The notes beneath the pieces are model-generated. The model was not told the DNA's origin and did no database searches. It saw only the letters and a program-made list of their open reading frames with translations. The translations under genes and the position numbers were made by a program. This document shows positions 27,050-41,240 of a stretch of 64,000 nt of DNA, one piece after another (within the stretch, counting starts at the first letter, position 1; each line of letters opens with the position of its first letter). The stretch is from Octopus vulgaris (Eukaryota): positions 9,300,001 to 9,364,000 of the forward strand of contig OX597832.1 in the NCBI GenBank assembly GCA_951406725.2. The letters run 5' to 3'.

Positions 27050-27560
27050 AAGAAGTGACACTGTGGAGGGAGATGGAGTATAAGATCTCGCGAAGGGTAA
27101 GAACATAGACAAGATAACTCTTCCCAATCTCTTCAGCAGTACAGTCTTGCCTGCAATACTAGATTTGGGCCTTGAGGAAAAGAGAATCTCTGCTTACGGC
27201 GCAAAAAACTATTGAAAGATCGATGCTGGGAATCTTGCTTAGATATCACATCCGGAACGAGGAGTTCCAGGAAAGATCTACCATGAAGGATGCCATTGAA
27301 GACTACCACCAGGCAAAGCTATGATGGGCCGGTCACGTCGCAAGATTCTCACTCGATCGGTGGACCGCTAATAATGGTGGAGTGGTTCGCGCGAGAGTGG
27401 AAGAGACCACTCAGAAGACCTCAAATCAGGTTAGAAGTAAAATGTTTGGAGTAACGTGCAGGAGAATGGCGAGAGCACGTGAGGAGTGGAGCGAATACTG
27501 CAGCCAGCGGAGCAGACTCGGCTCAGAGAGCCTTGCTGATCTAGGTGATCCAGGGGATAT
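27050..27560 (+). pseudogene. 3' fragment of an RTE-clade LINE ORF
   Basis: Reads across frameshifts as NLFSSTVLPAIL...WAL...AQKTIERSMLGILLRYHIRNEE...KL*WAGHVARFSLDRWT...VEWFAREWKRPLRRP...RMARAREEW, the typical RTE C-terminus. Confidence 0.88.
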
Positions 27561-28460
27561 AACAAGTTAGTGTAGCTAACCAATGCTTATGAATTGAGAT
27601 ATATGAAAAAAAGGCTTTCATATTTGTTTGAAATTTTCATTAATAGATTTAAACCACGTAATTGATTGTTATTTGTCTTGTAATAAGGTTCTAGAAGGGA
27701 TGTTCTTATACAATTACCGAAAATAAATTAATCATATTATTTCAAATATTCATTCTGTATTTTTTTATCTGATAAATGAGTGAATTTTAGTTAATATTTT
27801 TGAATGTTTAGCAGAAACGAATTGCAGGAAAAAATGTAATGCCTACAAGAGATATATTTCATGAAAAGATCGTTATCTGATTTAAAGTATTTTTAAATCA
27901 TAGGGAATTATTTATTTGTAAGAAAATAGGAGAATCAATGAGTTATATAAACGGATATGATCCTAAAATTTTGATTCCGTTATAGCTATAATATATTACA
28001 TTACTCTACAGATTTTTTTTAATATCTGTATAACAATCTATATGAAAAGAATTAACACTGCATCTACGTATATACTAAATTTTGAAATATAAATTCATGT
28101 AAAGAGACATAATACCAAGCAGAAGAACGATAAAATGCATCTGAAAAATTTTATTGATAAACAGAAATTAGCTAATAAAAATGAGTTTGATCTGAATTTC
28201 CATATTTGTACAAAAAATAGAAAGTGTAAGATATAGATGTGTTACAGCTCTAGGAAAGACGATATAATTATATATTACATGAGGGAAAATAATCTGTAAA
28301 AAGAACAGCAGAAAACTAAAAACGAAATAACATATTTCCAGATTATATTAACATCATGTTATGTTATGGTAAGCTTAAGATTCAAACCTTCATTGAAAAT
28401 TGCTATTTATATCAGTAGTGAGTCAGAATATCAATTTACTTTTATGATTTCTTAAACATA

Positions 28461-28888
28461 GCGTAGAAGTAGCTGTGTGGTAAGTATTTAGGAGTAGGAA
28501 TGGCTGTGTGGTAGCAGCTTGCTTACCAACCAAATGGTTCCGGGTTCAGTCCCAATGCGTGGCACCTTGGGCAAGTGTCTTCTACTATAGCCTCGGTCTG
28601 ACCGAACCCTTGTGAGTGGATTTGGTTGACGGAAACTGAAAGAAGCCCGCCATATATATATACGTATATGTATGTATGAGTTAATTGGTTGTATCTGTGT
28701 TTGTCCACCTACCATCGATTGACAACCGATGCTGGTGTGCTTTCGTCCCCGTAAATTAGCGGTTCGGCAAAAGAGACCCACAGAATAAGTACTAGGCTTA
28801 CAAAGAATAAGTCCTGGGGTCGATGTGGTCAATAGAAATGAGTGCTCCAGCATGGCCAAATGACTTAAACAATTAAAACAGTAAAAAG
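28461..28888 (+). mobile_element. SINE family B, near full length with duplicated 5' end
   Basis: tggctgtgtggta (A-box-like), ggttcagtccc (B-box-like), CORE-like ggcaccttgggcaagtgtcttc. The first ~25 nt are present twice. Confidence 0.9.
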
Positions 28889-28910
28889 GTAGTTAATCAA
28901 CATCATGACG

Positions 28911-29106
28911 TATATTTGCCACCTAAATGTGGCTGACCCGTAGGGGACGGTGCTACTGAAGTTTATAGCCCCAGGAAAACAGCACTTTCAGCTGGCTAAG
29001 GATAGACTTTCTGTGCACACTCTGTATCTGTAAAAGAAATGTCTTCCTGGGGCTATAAGCTATAGTAACAGCGTCCCATGCGTCTGCCACATTTAGGTGG
29101 CAAATA
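28911..29106. mobile_element. Diverged long-TIR MITE related to 10821-11057
   Basis: tatttgccacctaaatgtggc...tatagccccaggaa pairs with ttcctggggctata...gccacatttaggtggcaaata; internal cagctggct..gg is shared. Confidence 0.8.
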
Positions 29107-29171
29107 ATTCACAATATATATATATATATATATATAGTTCACAGTTACAATGTGCAGAGATGATGATGATG

Positions 29172-29227
<56 letters not shown>

Positions 29228-29233
29228 AATAAT

Positions 29234-29378
29234 AGCTCCAGGAAACAGAAAACAGTGATATTAAGGACAGCTAGGAGTGTCCATTGTGTGTAAGCTTACT
29301 TGCTGTAACCCGATAGGAGTGTCCTTGGCACCTAATGCAACTTTTTGCCAATAGTATAATCTGTTGAGTGTAAAACAA
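29234..29378 (+). mobile_element. Very short 3' remnant of an R4/Dong-like element in (TAA)n
   Basis: cagaaaacagtgatattaaggacagctagg = QKTVILRTAR (~QK..LLGTAR); (TAA)n on both sides. Confidence 0.55.
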
Positions 29379-30073
29379 TAATAATAATTATTATTCCCTC
29401 TTGGCTATTATTGGTGCAACACTCCTACTACCAAAAAATGAAGAAAGAAATGAAGCAAAAAATTTTAGATCCATAACTGCTAAACAAAAACTCTTAAAAT
29501 GCTATCATCTGTCTTGACTGAATAGCTTTAGATTTTTATTAGGAACTTTTAATGAATGTTTAAGAAATAATAAAAAGCAAAGTGATATTCTAACTCACTG
29601 GTGGTATAAATAGCAATTTTCAATGTGATTCAACGAAAGTTTGAACCTTAAGATTATCATAACACAATATGATGTTAATATACTCAGGAAATATGTTACT
29701 TGTTTTTTTTTTATGCTTTACTTTTTACAGATTATATTCCCTCACGTAATATATAATTATGTCGTCATTATTATAGATTTAACAAATCTATACCTTATAT
29801 TTTCTATTTTAAGAATTTCTCGCCTACCTAGGCAGCACGTCCCTGGTAAATACATACATAAGTACATACATTTACACAAACGAATATAGAAATATATATA
29901 TATATATATAGATATATATATATATATACATATATATACATATATATATATGTATGTATGTATATATATATATATATATGTATGCATATATATATATGTG
30001 TTTATATATATGTATATATATGTATATATGTATGTATGTATTTATATATATATATATATATATATATTTTATA

Positions 30074-30136
<63 letters not shown>

Positions 30137-30987
30137 GCACAAGTATACAACGCATATATTTATCATATGCATTATTCATAAATAATACACACACCATCAT
30201 ACGCATGTACACATACACATGCGCTGGGACACGAACATGGACACAAATACACACAGCTATGTATATTATATATAGACATAAACGTTGTATATGTACTCAT
30301 TATAGACATAAAACATGTAACATTAAATGTAATTAAAATGCATTTATCAAAGGAGAATTTTCTGTTTCACAAAAATGAATGTAATTTATTTCTTATTACC
30401 TTTATTTAAGGTTTATGAAATTTTCCTTTGGTTGCATAATAGTGTGCTGTTGTCTGCTTCCCTTAATTTGTATAAATTTGTTTCCCTTACTTTGCTTATA
30501 TTCCTCAATCTCCTCACTCCCTCATATTTTCTTCTTTTTCTCCCCTTTTTTAATACTTATTCCTCTACATTTATATTTTTCTCTCCTAATCTGCTCTCTA
30601 CGTATTCTGACTGAATCTTTCACGTGTTAACATGTACCTCATTGCAACAATGTAAACTTTCATTTAATCAAGATACACTTTACCTCAAGAGAAGCCTGCA
30701 CTATAGACTTCATTTAGATATTTAACACTTCTGGGGTTCAGCTCGCTAGGAAACATATCTAGTCTGGATGTCATCTACTTCATTCATCAACTCTTGTATT
30801 CTTATTCGCACACCCGGCAAACCTGGTCGCCTACCGTGAACTATGAAAATAACTGTTTTTCAGTTTATCGTATTTCGATCTGAAAAAATCCAAAAACCTC
30901 TCTCTCAGTAAACAAAGAATATACCTGAAAATTGATTTTTAGATTTACTACAGATTGCTTGGAGCTAACATATATGGATCTTACAAA

Positions 30988-31069
<82 letters not shown>

Positions 31070-32477
31070 CAGTATATATATATATATACATACAGTATAT
31101 TAAATGAACATTTTGGTTTTGAATAGAGAATGCATTACGAACCCCCCACACAACTGTCTGTTGCAATTGCTCACACTAATATTTTAGAGCTTCAGCTTTT
31201 CCTCAAATTTCCGCTTTCTACATCAGACATACCGAAGAACTCCGTTTTATTGAAAAATGAACCTGAACCCGTGCTTTTTACATGCAGTATTTTGTATTGA
31301 TCATAGACACTGTTCAAAATGATGCACAGGTTAGTTTAGAAATATCGCTGTTGAGATATTCGACATGGTCGTAAACGAAACAGAAATACAATTACATAAT
31401 GGACAATACATGACTTTAACATATAGAGATTTCAAGAGTATATATTCAAATTCTTCCTCACTCAAACATACTACTTCCAAATATCTTTTATCGTATATTC
31501 GAAGCACAGTAAATATATCTTCACAAGTTTGTAATTCACATCAAACAGCAGAATCAGAAACACAAACGAAATGTATAAGTAATTGCAATGGCATAGCAAT
31601 GAATATGGATATATATTAGATCATGCGTGTATCAAGACAGAATTGTGAGTGCAATATTCTAAACTAACCGTTCTTCTAAGTATTATGACATATAGAATTT
31701 CAGATTGAATTGAAAGTTTTGATGGTATCAAACATCCAACTGTTAAAACTTTCGAGCATAAAAGAAATTACATTACACAACAGACTATTGATAATCAGGT
31801 TTCACTTCGTACATGACTAATATACCTGACTCTCGTAACTACATTCTATGTAGATGTCAATAAATGTGCCGTGTGTATGCACTATTCTACTGAATCTATT
31901 GTATGGATTGAAAGTATTGTATAAATATCCATAATGAAATTGCTTTGCTAACGGATAAGATGTTTTCATTTTGCCTAAAGAGTCAAACATCTAATGTTCT
32001 GTTATAAATACGCGATTGTTAATAAATACGTTGTTATATATTCATGGATATAAGTCTTCGTTTCTTCAAAGACTTCTGTTAATTTTTGCCTATTTATTGC
32101 AGAACGGTCAATGAACTTAACTGGCCTATCTAATGAGAGTGTTTCCATTTCAACATTCAATATAATATATATTGATATTTAATCTTAATAGTCATCTTAA
32201 TCTACACAGTTTCATACAAACTTGAAAACGTTGATAATTGAAAGCTCCACATCGTTAAAGACGTAAAATTCCTTTTTCCTATCCGTGCTCGATTATAGTT
32301 TGAACGGAAAGGAATGAGAACAATGCCCACTTAAACAACTTTGCCAGTTGCATAATGTGTAACTCCTCACGCAATCTGCTAGAAATAGCCATGAAATTCC
32401 TCTTAACTCAGTCACATATTATGTAACTTTAGAATTTTCTTGCCCGGCCTTTCATTTTCGTATGTATATACTATATA

Positions 32478-32526
<49 letters not shown>

Positions 32527-32529
<3 letters not shown>

Positions 32530-32630
32530 GCATTATAATGCTAATCCACATATATAAAACCACTCATACCAACAATCTAACATACCTCAATCATCAGCTG
32601 CCCCACGGATATCATTATGGTTTTGACACT
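32527..32630 (-). mobile_element. Fragment of a hammerhead-bearing element in (TA)n, truncated before GAAA
   Basis: Minus strand: CUGAUGA-uu-GAGGUAU...AUGCCUC, then (TA)n. Confidence 0.5.
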
Positions 32631-32642
32631 ATATATATATAT

Positions 32643-32871
32643 TTTTTCTTTAATACCCACAAGGGGCTAAACATACAAGGAACAAACGAGGACAGATAAA
32701 GGGATTACGTCGATTACATCGACCCCAGTGCAAAACTGGTACTTTATTTATCGACCCCGAAAGGATGAAAGGCAAAGTTGACCTCGGCGGAATTTGAACT
32801 CAGAACGTAACGACAGACGAAATACCGCTAAAAAATTTCGCCGTGCGCGCTAAAGTTTTAGCCAGCTCGCC

Positions 32872-32872
<1 letters not shown>
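32643..32872 (-). mobile_element. SINE family A, alternative-tail subtype
   Basis: Family A head and core with tail tacccacaaggggctaaaca...aacaaac.aggacaga, as in 45470-45540. Confidence 0.88.
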
Positions 32873-32926
<54 letters not shown>

Positions 32927-33237
32927 AAGAACAAAAATATACGAAGTGCTTTTGTGAGGGTAACTTAGACTAAGAGGTACGCACTAGAAGTACTCAATTT
33001 GATATACCATTGAAATTCCGGTTTGAACAGCAGTTGAACATGTGATTTTGTGACTGACTTTCTAGAGTGACTAGAGGGTCTTCTTTTTGTGCAGGTAGGT
33101 ATAGATTAATGTAGAATGAAAATACAAACGGTTTGCACATTTAATAGTTGGTTATGTATAAAATGTATAACTTTTTTTATTATATGCATTATTTACAATT
33201 TTTACGTTTGATTTTGTCCTCATTCTGTTTGTTGTTA

Positions 33238-33281
33238 ACCCAACTTTTCGGCTGACATACCCTCCAGCCTTCATCAGGTGT
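33238..33281 (-). ncRNA. Degenerate minimal hammerhead ribozyme motif
   Basis: Minus strand: ACAC-CUGAUGA-A-GGCUG..CAGCC-GAAA-AG-UU-GGGU. Stem II is intact; stems I and III have mismatches. Confidence 0.6.
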
Positions 33282-33329
33282 CTTGTCGAAATTTCGAAAC
33301 TGGGTTCTCATTCCTAAGGTATTTTTCGA

Positions 33330-33370
33330 TATTGTTGTTGTTGTTATTTTTATTATTATTATTATTATCA

Positions 33371-33418
<48 letters not shown>

Positions 33419-33482
33419 ATTATTATTACTATCATTATTATTATTAATATTATTATTATTATTATTATTACTATTATTATTA

Positions 33483-33547
<65 letters not shown>

Positions 33548-33550
33548 TTT
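33330..33550. repeat. (ATT)n microsatellite
   Basis: Directly visible. Confidence 0.95.
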
Positions 33551-34347
33551 AAGAGAGTAGCGCATGCCAAAGTGACAATGGGGTAAAATATACGAAGCCA
33601 AGTATTAATTAACCGAGGAATTCATTTAACACATATAGAAAGTAAGAAAACCTTTTTATGAAACTACATTTATTCAATTATTTACACGGTTATCAACATC
33701 TGAATATATATATCCAAAATAGCCAGTGATAATGGTCTAAACGGTGCAGAAAAGTAGGACAATTAAGATAATTAATGCTGTCCAAGAAATGCCCAGACGG
33801 TATCAGCGAAACAAAATTACATCCTACGAAATGACAAATTTTGTATGGGTTGCAATATGACTGTTTTATCTCACAATGATACATTCTGCAATAGTGAGAT
33901 TTTGCTGCCCAGAACAATACGCAGGAAGATTCACAAGATGAAAACAGTTGGGAGAACACCTAGGTCATACATTTTGCATACCATCATCTCGATATACGCG
34001 GGAAGACCTATGGAAATAATTTAACTTTTAGTCATTTCCTCCATTATCCTCAGTTCATATTCGCATATGATAGTGTTTTTTGTCCAGTAATGATGCATGG
34101 TTATGTAAAAAATAACTAAACGTTTATTAACATTTTGCCGTCTGTTGTGTTGCCAACATACAAAGGTGCAAAATTCATTTCAGATTATGAATGATAGCAA
34201 TAAGGATTTCTTTCACAATAATCATTGTCCTAAACTTCATGTAGACATATATGAATGTATTCGATAACTTACAACACTAACAATCACGCACAGTCACACA
34301 CAGACAGACAGACACACACACACACAAACAGACACACACACATACAT

Positions 34348-34404
<57 letters not shown>

Positions 34405-34960
34405 CTCATATATATAAGTTATTGGTAATAAAACACCACGCTGACACTACGTAATATGTATCCGCCTGTAGAAGAAAATAAAGCATAAAATTGGAGACTT
34501 AGAAAATCATAGATTGTACATAGCTGAAATGATATTCCTTGTGTAGATCACAACAACTATACTCAATATATTATTTAATGGTCATTGTCACAAACTTATG
34601 CATATTCTCTTTATTTCTTCTATTTCTAAAAACATTGAAATACATCCTATCAGGAAGTATTGAATTTTGTCTGGGAACGATGGATGTTGTTATATAGTTC
34701 AACATATACTTCAAGAAAGAGATTTAGCATTATTTTGGAATCGCAAGAGTAGCGAATGTAAAATAGCCTCTGGCAAAACTTAAGAATTCGTCGACCTTCC
34801 TCTTCAAATAAAGCAATCAGCTGGAATAAGGTTTCATACGTAGTAATATCTATTTTCAAAGGTCACAAGAGGGTCCAGACAAGACGCCATATAAGCATAC
34901 ACTAAAAAATGTAAACGCAAAGACATATATACTCACCTATCTACAAAATGCAGATCTACT

Positions 34961-34961
34961 A

Positions 34962-35038
<77 letters not shown>

Positions 35039-35040
35039 CC

Positions 35041-35107
<67 letters not shown>

Positions 35108-35149
35108 CTGCTCTGTCTCTCTCTCTCATTATCCCTCTCTCGCTATATA

Positions 35150-35218
<69 letters not shown>

Positions 35219-35249
35219 ACACACCACACACACAAACACATACACACAC

Positions 35250-35312
<63 letters not shown>
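34961..35312. repeat. Compound (ATCT)n-(CT)n-(TA)n microsatellites
   Basis: Directly visible. Confidence 0.95.
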
Positions 35313-35316
<4 letters not shown>

Positions 35317-35717
35317 TAGACGTTTTGTATATTTTTTTCATAGAAGCGTGTTATATGCCTATGCGCATTATGTGTGTGTTTAGCTAGTGTTACGAATGTT
35401 AAAGTTATTTGTTGCTGGTGTATATTCTTTTGTTAATCAATCTCCATTCAGTTTTTTCTGTGTTTTGAAATACATAGAACCCGGTGTCGTCTGATAGTAC
35501 ACATAAATAAACGCTCACACAGAAACAAACACAAAGCAGACCTAAAAAGAAACTCTTAGTAAACAGAAATACATATATGCATACAAATATACATACATGG
35601 AGGCATACCTACTTACACACGTTACTATACTTACATACAAATATGAATGCCTGTGCGTTTGCGAGTGCATGCATATGGAATTCAGTGTGTGTGTGTGCCT
35701 GAGGCTTTGAAAAAAAT

Positions 35718-35755
<38 letters not shown>

Positions 35756-35869
35756 CTTCGTAGAGAAGCGCAGTTCAATACAAAATCTATACACATATAT
35801 ATACATATACATGCGTACACACATACATATGCATATATATTGTACTTATACGTATACACATATACGTCC

Positions 35870-35906
<37 letters not shown>

Positions 35907-35966
35907 CACACATGCATATACATATATGTGATTTATATATATACATACATGCATATATATTTACAT

Positions 35967-36011
<45 letters not shown>

Positions 36012-36069
36012 GTATGTATATATACACAATCCCACACAAACCCACACGTACATACGCACATATATGTAT

Positions 36070-37825
36070 ACGGAGAGTATGTCATCCCTTCCGTAGTCTG
36101 TGTGAGATCTTGGCTAAATGCCCCCGGCCCCTTTGGAACTCGTGCCGTGGGTTCTGTAAAGATAGCGGCAACAAGGTGAGGAGTCATAAAGAAACAGCTT
36201 GCAAGTTATTGCAGTCAATCGAAAAGTCTGTACCATTAGGTAACTTTTGGGCGTCGAGTAGCAAGTCAGCTGATTTTGTGTGGGTATGCTTATCATCGAC
36301 CTTGCACATTGTGATCTTGCACACGGTCTTCTAGCTGGCGCGGGGTCTAGACTGGTGGTCTGGTGCAAACACCCTTACAAACCGGCCAATGCGTTTTATT
36401 TTTCTTCAGAGATTCGCGAAGCCCTTTGGAGATGGAGTGAATGTAACCGTTGTAGATCACTTTGCGTAGACTGCTCGCTGCCTATGATCGAAGTCAGTGC
36501 TGAAACCTGAACACCACCATGCTGACGTAGCACTATAAGTGCCTGCTTAGCTTTCATCAGGCTGCACGGCTCACTTCAGTAGGCAAAGTCCGTAGAGAAG
36601 CGCAGTTCAAAACAAAATCTAGTTGGTTCACACGGCCAGATGAAATTCAGTTCAACATCAGAAATTAGAAGAAAATTGAAATGACTAGGAATGTGGGAAC
36701 AGCGCCCTATGCTTGACCGATTCTCCGTATATGAATATCGTCACTGATTGCAAAATAATTACTCCGATACAGTGTATTAATTAACGTACTCCAAGTGAGC
36801 AAGTTCGACCGTCATCCTCAGTTGCAAGATGAGGATTGCACCTTCTTCTCGGTGGGGAACATAAAAGAGAGAAGCGACTGGGATGTGGATTTTACTATTA
36901 AAAGTCTATCTTTCCTTTTATGGGTTGTATCATAGATGATGTATCATGACCTTATGAATACCAATCATTAAGTGACCCCTGGCACTCGTCAGCATTCTAT
37001 TAAGACTTGAGTAGGAATTTAGGCAAGATTCCCCACCAGGCCCAGTTGCTGTTTATGGGTAGCTGTAATACCAGGGGGAGCAGACTGTGGGACCTATGCA
37101 ACGTTCATCATCAAATTTGTCAAGGGACAAAAATAAAGTGGAGACCTCTCGCTGAAATTTTGCGGCTAGCAACAGTTCTGTGTTGACGACAATTTCTTTG
37201 ATCAGGTCGGCAAGAATTATTTCACGGGGGAAAACCCCTATGTCAACTATCATCTGCGGGGCAACGTAATTACCCGGCATACTGGGTTGCAGAGGATCTT
37301 GAGCATAAAGATAAGCTTGTGGAAGAAGGTGCAACTGATATGTGCTCCGTCAAAAGAGAAATCTGTCAGGAAAAATATCTCAAATAGGAAAAAGCTAGAG
37401 ATGATTGACATCATCCTGCTAGCACAAGAAGATTACTGTTTGAGACTGACTGCAGCAGTCGGAGATGCGATCGAGTGTTCGGCAGTCTGGTCATGTGGCC
37501 ATTGAAAAGCATCGAAAAAAATGAATAGGCGTTAAACAATGCAGTCTTTTTCATTACTTATGAGTCCCTTGTCTCTGCGCAACCCCCGCCCAAAAAAAAA
37601 AAAAAACACGTGATTAGTTCTCGAAGCACAGGGAGAAGATGCAGAAGATGTCAGACGAAATGTTACAATTGCAACAGCGACACTTGGAGAAGTCACATGG
37701 AGCAGGGTTGCTTTTGCAGAAATCAAATCCAAGCGGCAGAGAGAAGTGAGGTTGCTAAAGAACGGTAGTGGTGCATGAATATTCAACGCCTATTGATGAT
37801 GACTGACGGCCGAACAAGAGACGAT
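36070..37825 (+). mobile_element. GC-richer block, possibly decayed retroelement 5'/gag-like region
   Basis: Composition shift. About 37630-37712 reads GRRCRRCQTKCYNCNSDTWRSHMEQGC, a zinc-knuckle-like motif with non-canonical spacing. Confidence 0.3.
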
Positions 37826-38082
37826 CTCTCTATCTAGCTATCTATCATACTCTATAAATATACATATACATACTTATTAATACACACACACACACATATA
37901 TATAATATATATATATATATATATTTATAAACATATATATATACATATATATGAATGCTAACATAGCAGTCAAAAGGACGAAACTACAAGTTTTCACTTA
38001 AACACAAAGGAAAAATCAGGCAAATGAGCAAAAGACCCAGTACCAATAACGACAGTAATCGAAAATTGAAAAAGTCAGACGT

Positions 38083-38139
38083 ACCCGTATCACCGTGATT
38101 TCGAACGTTCAGAATACTCTTAGTTCATCCTCAGCGAGT
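38083..38139 (-). ncRNA. Type I hammerhead ribozyme motif in a ~230-bp insert within (TA)n
   Basis: Minus strand: ACUCG-CUGAGGA-U-GAAC..GUUC-GAAA-UCAC G GUGA-UA-CGGGU. Core and stem III are the same as in the 481-bp array HHR. Confidence 0.8.
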
Positions 38140-38159
38140 CTTACTGAACCCAGGGTTGA

Positions 38160-38198
<39 letters not shown>

Positions 38199-38277
38199 CG
38201 TTTAAATATTTGTTGTGCAAGATTTTAGTGCGTGTGTTTTTATTGGCTAAACTGGCAATATGACCATTCCGAAATAT

Positions 38278-38321
<44 letters not shown>

Positions 38322-38560
38322 GCAAATGGATTTGCATTTTAGTATTAATATACGTATAACTTTGGCCACATTACATGTCTTTAATACCTATTGGGAAAAA
38401 TTGTTGTTTGTATTTTCAGTTCCAAAGTATTGTCAATGCAAGTAACAACTCTGCCGTGCAAACGGAGGGACACGCTAGTGAATATCTATTATGATTTTAA
38501 ATTTGCTTTTATGTAGAAATGGATTAAAGAGCCAAATATAAATCGTGTTTTATACCAACG

Positions 38561-39058
38561 TGGAGGCGCAACGGCCCAGTGGTTAGGACAGCGGACTCGC
38601 GGTCGTAGGATCGCGGTTTCGATTCTCAGACAGGGCGTTGTGAGTGTTTATTGAGCAAAAACCCCTAAAGCTCCACGAGACCCCAGCAGGGGTGGTGCTG
38701 AACCCTACTGTACTCTTTCACCACAACTTTCTCTCACTCGTTCTTCCTGTTTCTGTTGTACCTGTATTTGAAAGGGCCAGCCTTGTCACACTCTCTGTCA
38801 CGCTGAATCTCCTCGAGAACTACGTTAAGGGTACACGTGTCTGTGGAGTGCTCAGCCACTTGCACGTTAATAAATGAGGTGCGACGTCAATGGTGCCAAG
38901 TTGTATCGGCCTTTGCCTTTTCCTTGGATAACATCGGTGGTGTGGAGAGGGGAGGCCGGTATGAGTTGGCGACCGCTGGTTTTCCATAAACAATCTTGCC
39001 AAGACTTGTGCCTCGGAGGGTAACTTTCTAGGTGCAGTTCCATGGGCATTCATGACAA
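38561..39058 (+). mobile_element. tRNA-derived SINE family C
   Basis: tRNA-like head ggcccagtggttagg (A box)...ggtttcgattctc (B box) followed by about 420 bp of non-tRNA body. Confidence 0.8.
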
Positions 39059-39867
39059 CAATATATATCAATGCATGTCGCTACACACTTGAATATTCAG
39101 CATTAGAATAGCCAAATTTCTGGAACAAATTATTATATCCTCTAATTAATAAACATGATCTATCAATCCGAGGTGAATCGTGTAACAGAAACCAAATACA
39201 TTATTCACTTGAATGATTAAATTGTTATTTGTAAGGAAAAGATTTCTTGAGCAAGACAATAAAAGTAATGTGCAAAGTGTTTACAGAAAAGCCAATCCTA
39301 AATAATTGTTTTCAAGTGTAAATGAAGTAATGAAATCTGTGTAGATTTAATTTTTCAGTTTTGTATCAGCGTATAAGAAATATTAAAACGTCAATAATAG
39401 AAACGCTACAAATCTTCCTTATTGGAAATATAATACTTCATAACAAATGCAAAGTAGAGTTAGATGTATATGCTAATGCTTAGTACTAAGCCTTCTCTAA
39501 TTAAGAACTTATCGGTAATTTCAAGTATCCTACTGACACTGTACAATAAATGATAGCCAGAAACAAATGATGCACGGCGGAGGAATATTATTAATTTTCT
39601 AACACTGATTGGCTGCATATCAAAATTAATTTCCACACGTCTAGGTTTCTCTAAAAATATCACATTTTATATTGTCAAACGTATTTGATATTGTATGTAT
39701 TCAAACCTGTAATGTTTTCAAAGATTCATATTATCTTTTAAGAAGTAAATTCAGGAATATCATTTAATGTAGAAAGCATTTAAGTTTTTGAGAACTTCTA
39801 CTATAGGGGAGTAGATAACAACTTTATATTCAAACATGTGAAGATGTTATACATATGAGTATGTATG

Positions 39868-39901
<34 letters not shown>

Positions 39902-40960
39902 AACGTATGCATGTATAGACATAAACACTCATACGAATACATAACCACACACACGATACATGGAAATAAGCGCGTACACACACATACATGCATATACATA
40001 CACAACCATATACATACACATGTTTATACATACATACATATATACAAGCATATATACGCACTCACACACACACACGCACGCACACACACACACGCACACA
40101 CACATATATATATATATGTATACAGATATACAGCTTCTCATGTTTGTGTTTAATAAAATTTAATTTACATTTAAAATAACCTCAGATTTATCGTCACATA
40201 ATGAAACCTTTTATAAGCTAGTAGTGGATTTTAAACTTTATTGATAATGTAGATTTACACTAACATCGTTCTAATGTAATCCGCAGAAACCTTTTACTTA
40301 CAATTCATACACAAACATTACCTCTTTTAATGCTACATATATAAAACCAATCTATTATCTTCTTAGACTTCAAATATAAGCCATAACTGTTATAGTACAT
40401 CTAAATATGAACCACCCTACTGTATGAATTTAGCAAAAACAAATTTAATGACAGTTTCCTTTGTAGCATGATGTATCGCTTTGGAATGAAGCGAAATTAA
40501 CCATTACGTTATTTTACTTGGTGAAATTCTGTTCAAATTTCAGAAAAAAAGGTTTTTGATTCAATATATCATTTATATGAGAGGGTTCAATTTTAAGTGT
40601 TTTGCTTTAATCGTAATTCTTTCTTATGGAACAAATAGCGTAGAAATATTGTACGCAGTTCCCGTTATATATAAATCGTTAAAAGATTAGTAGAAACATC
40701 ATATCTTCTGATTATTTGTCTGCGTTATTTAATTTCTATAATTATATATATAATTTAAATTCTACTCTCTCCAAATACTTATGTCATATTACTATGGGTG
40801 GAAAATAATTATTTAATCTAGTAGTATTTCCGTTATTTGCTAAATGTAAAATGTAAACCTCAGAACTATCTATGTTTCACGTATTTTGATCTTATAAAAT
40901 ATAAGCGACCTACTACGCTCTTGATACGTTATGCTAAACGCCTGCTACATTCTTTATACT

Positions 40961-41008
<48 letters not shown>

Positions 41009-41240
41009 GATGTGTGCATTTCTGTGTGTATAAATCAAAATTACCGTTCTGGGATATCTTTATCATTACAGAAACGGATATATGGGAACATACCTATTTT
41101 ACAAACCAACAAACACGCACTAATACACATTTTCCGCTCAGTACACACCCCATATACCAAAAGGAACATTCCCTTTAACATGGCAATACGTATCTGCACC
41201 ATAATAACATACCAGACAGTACAGTGGAAAATATTATTTC

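Noticed and set aside
38561-38640. tRNA gene
   Set aside because: A/B boxes are present, but there is no convincing acceptor stem and it runs into a SINE body.
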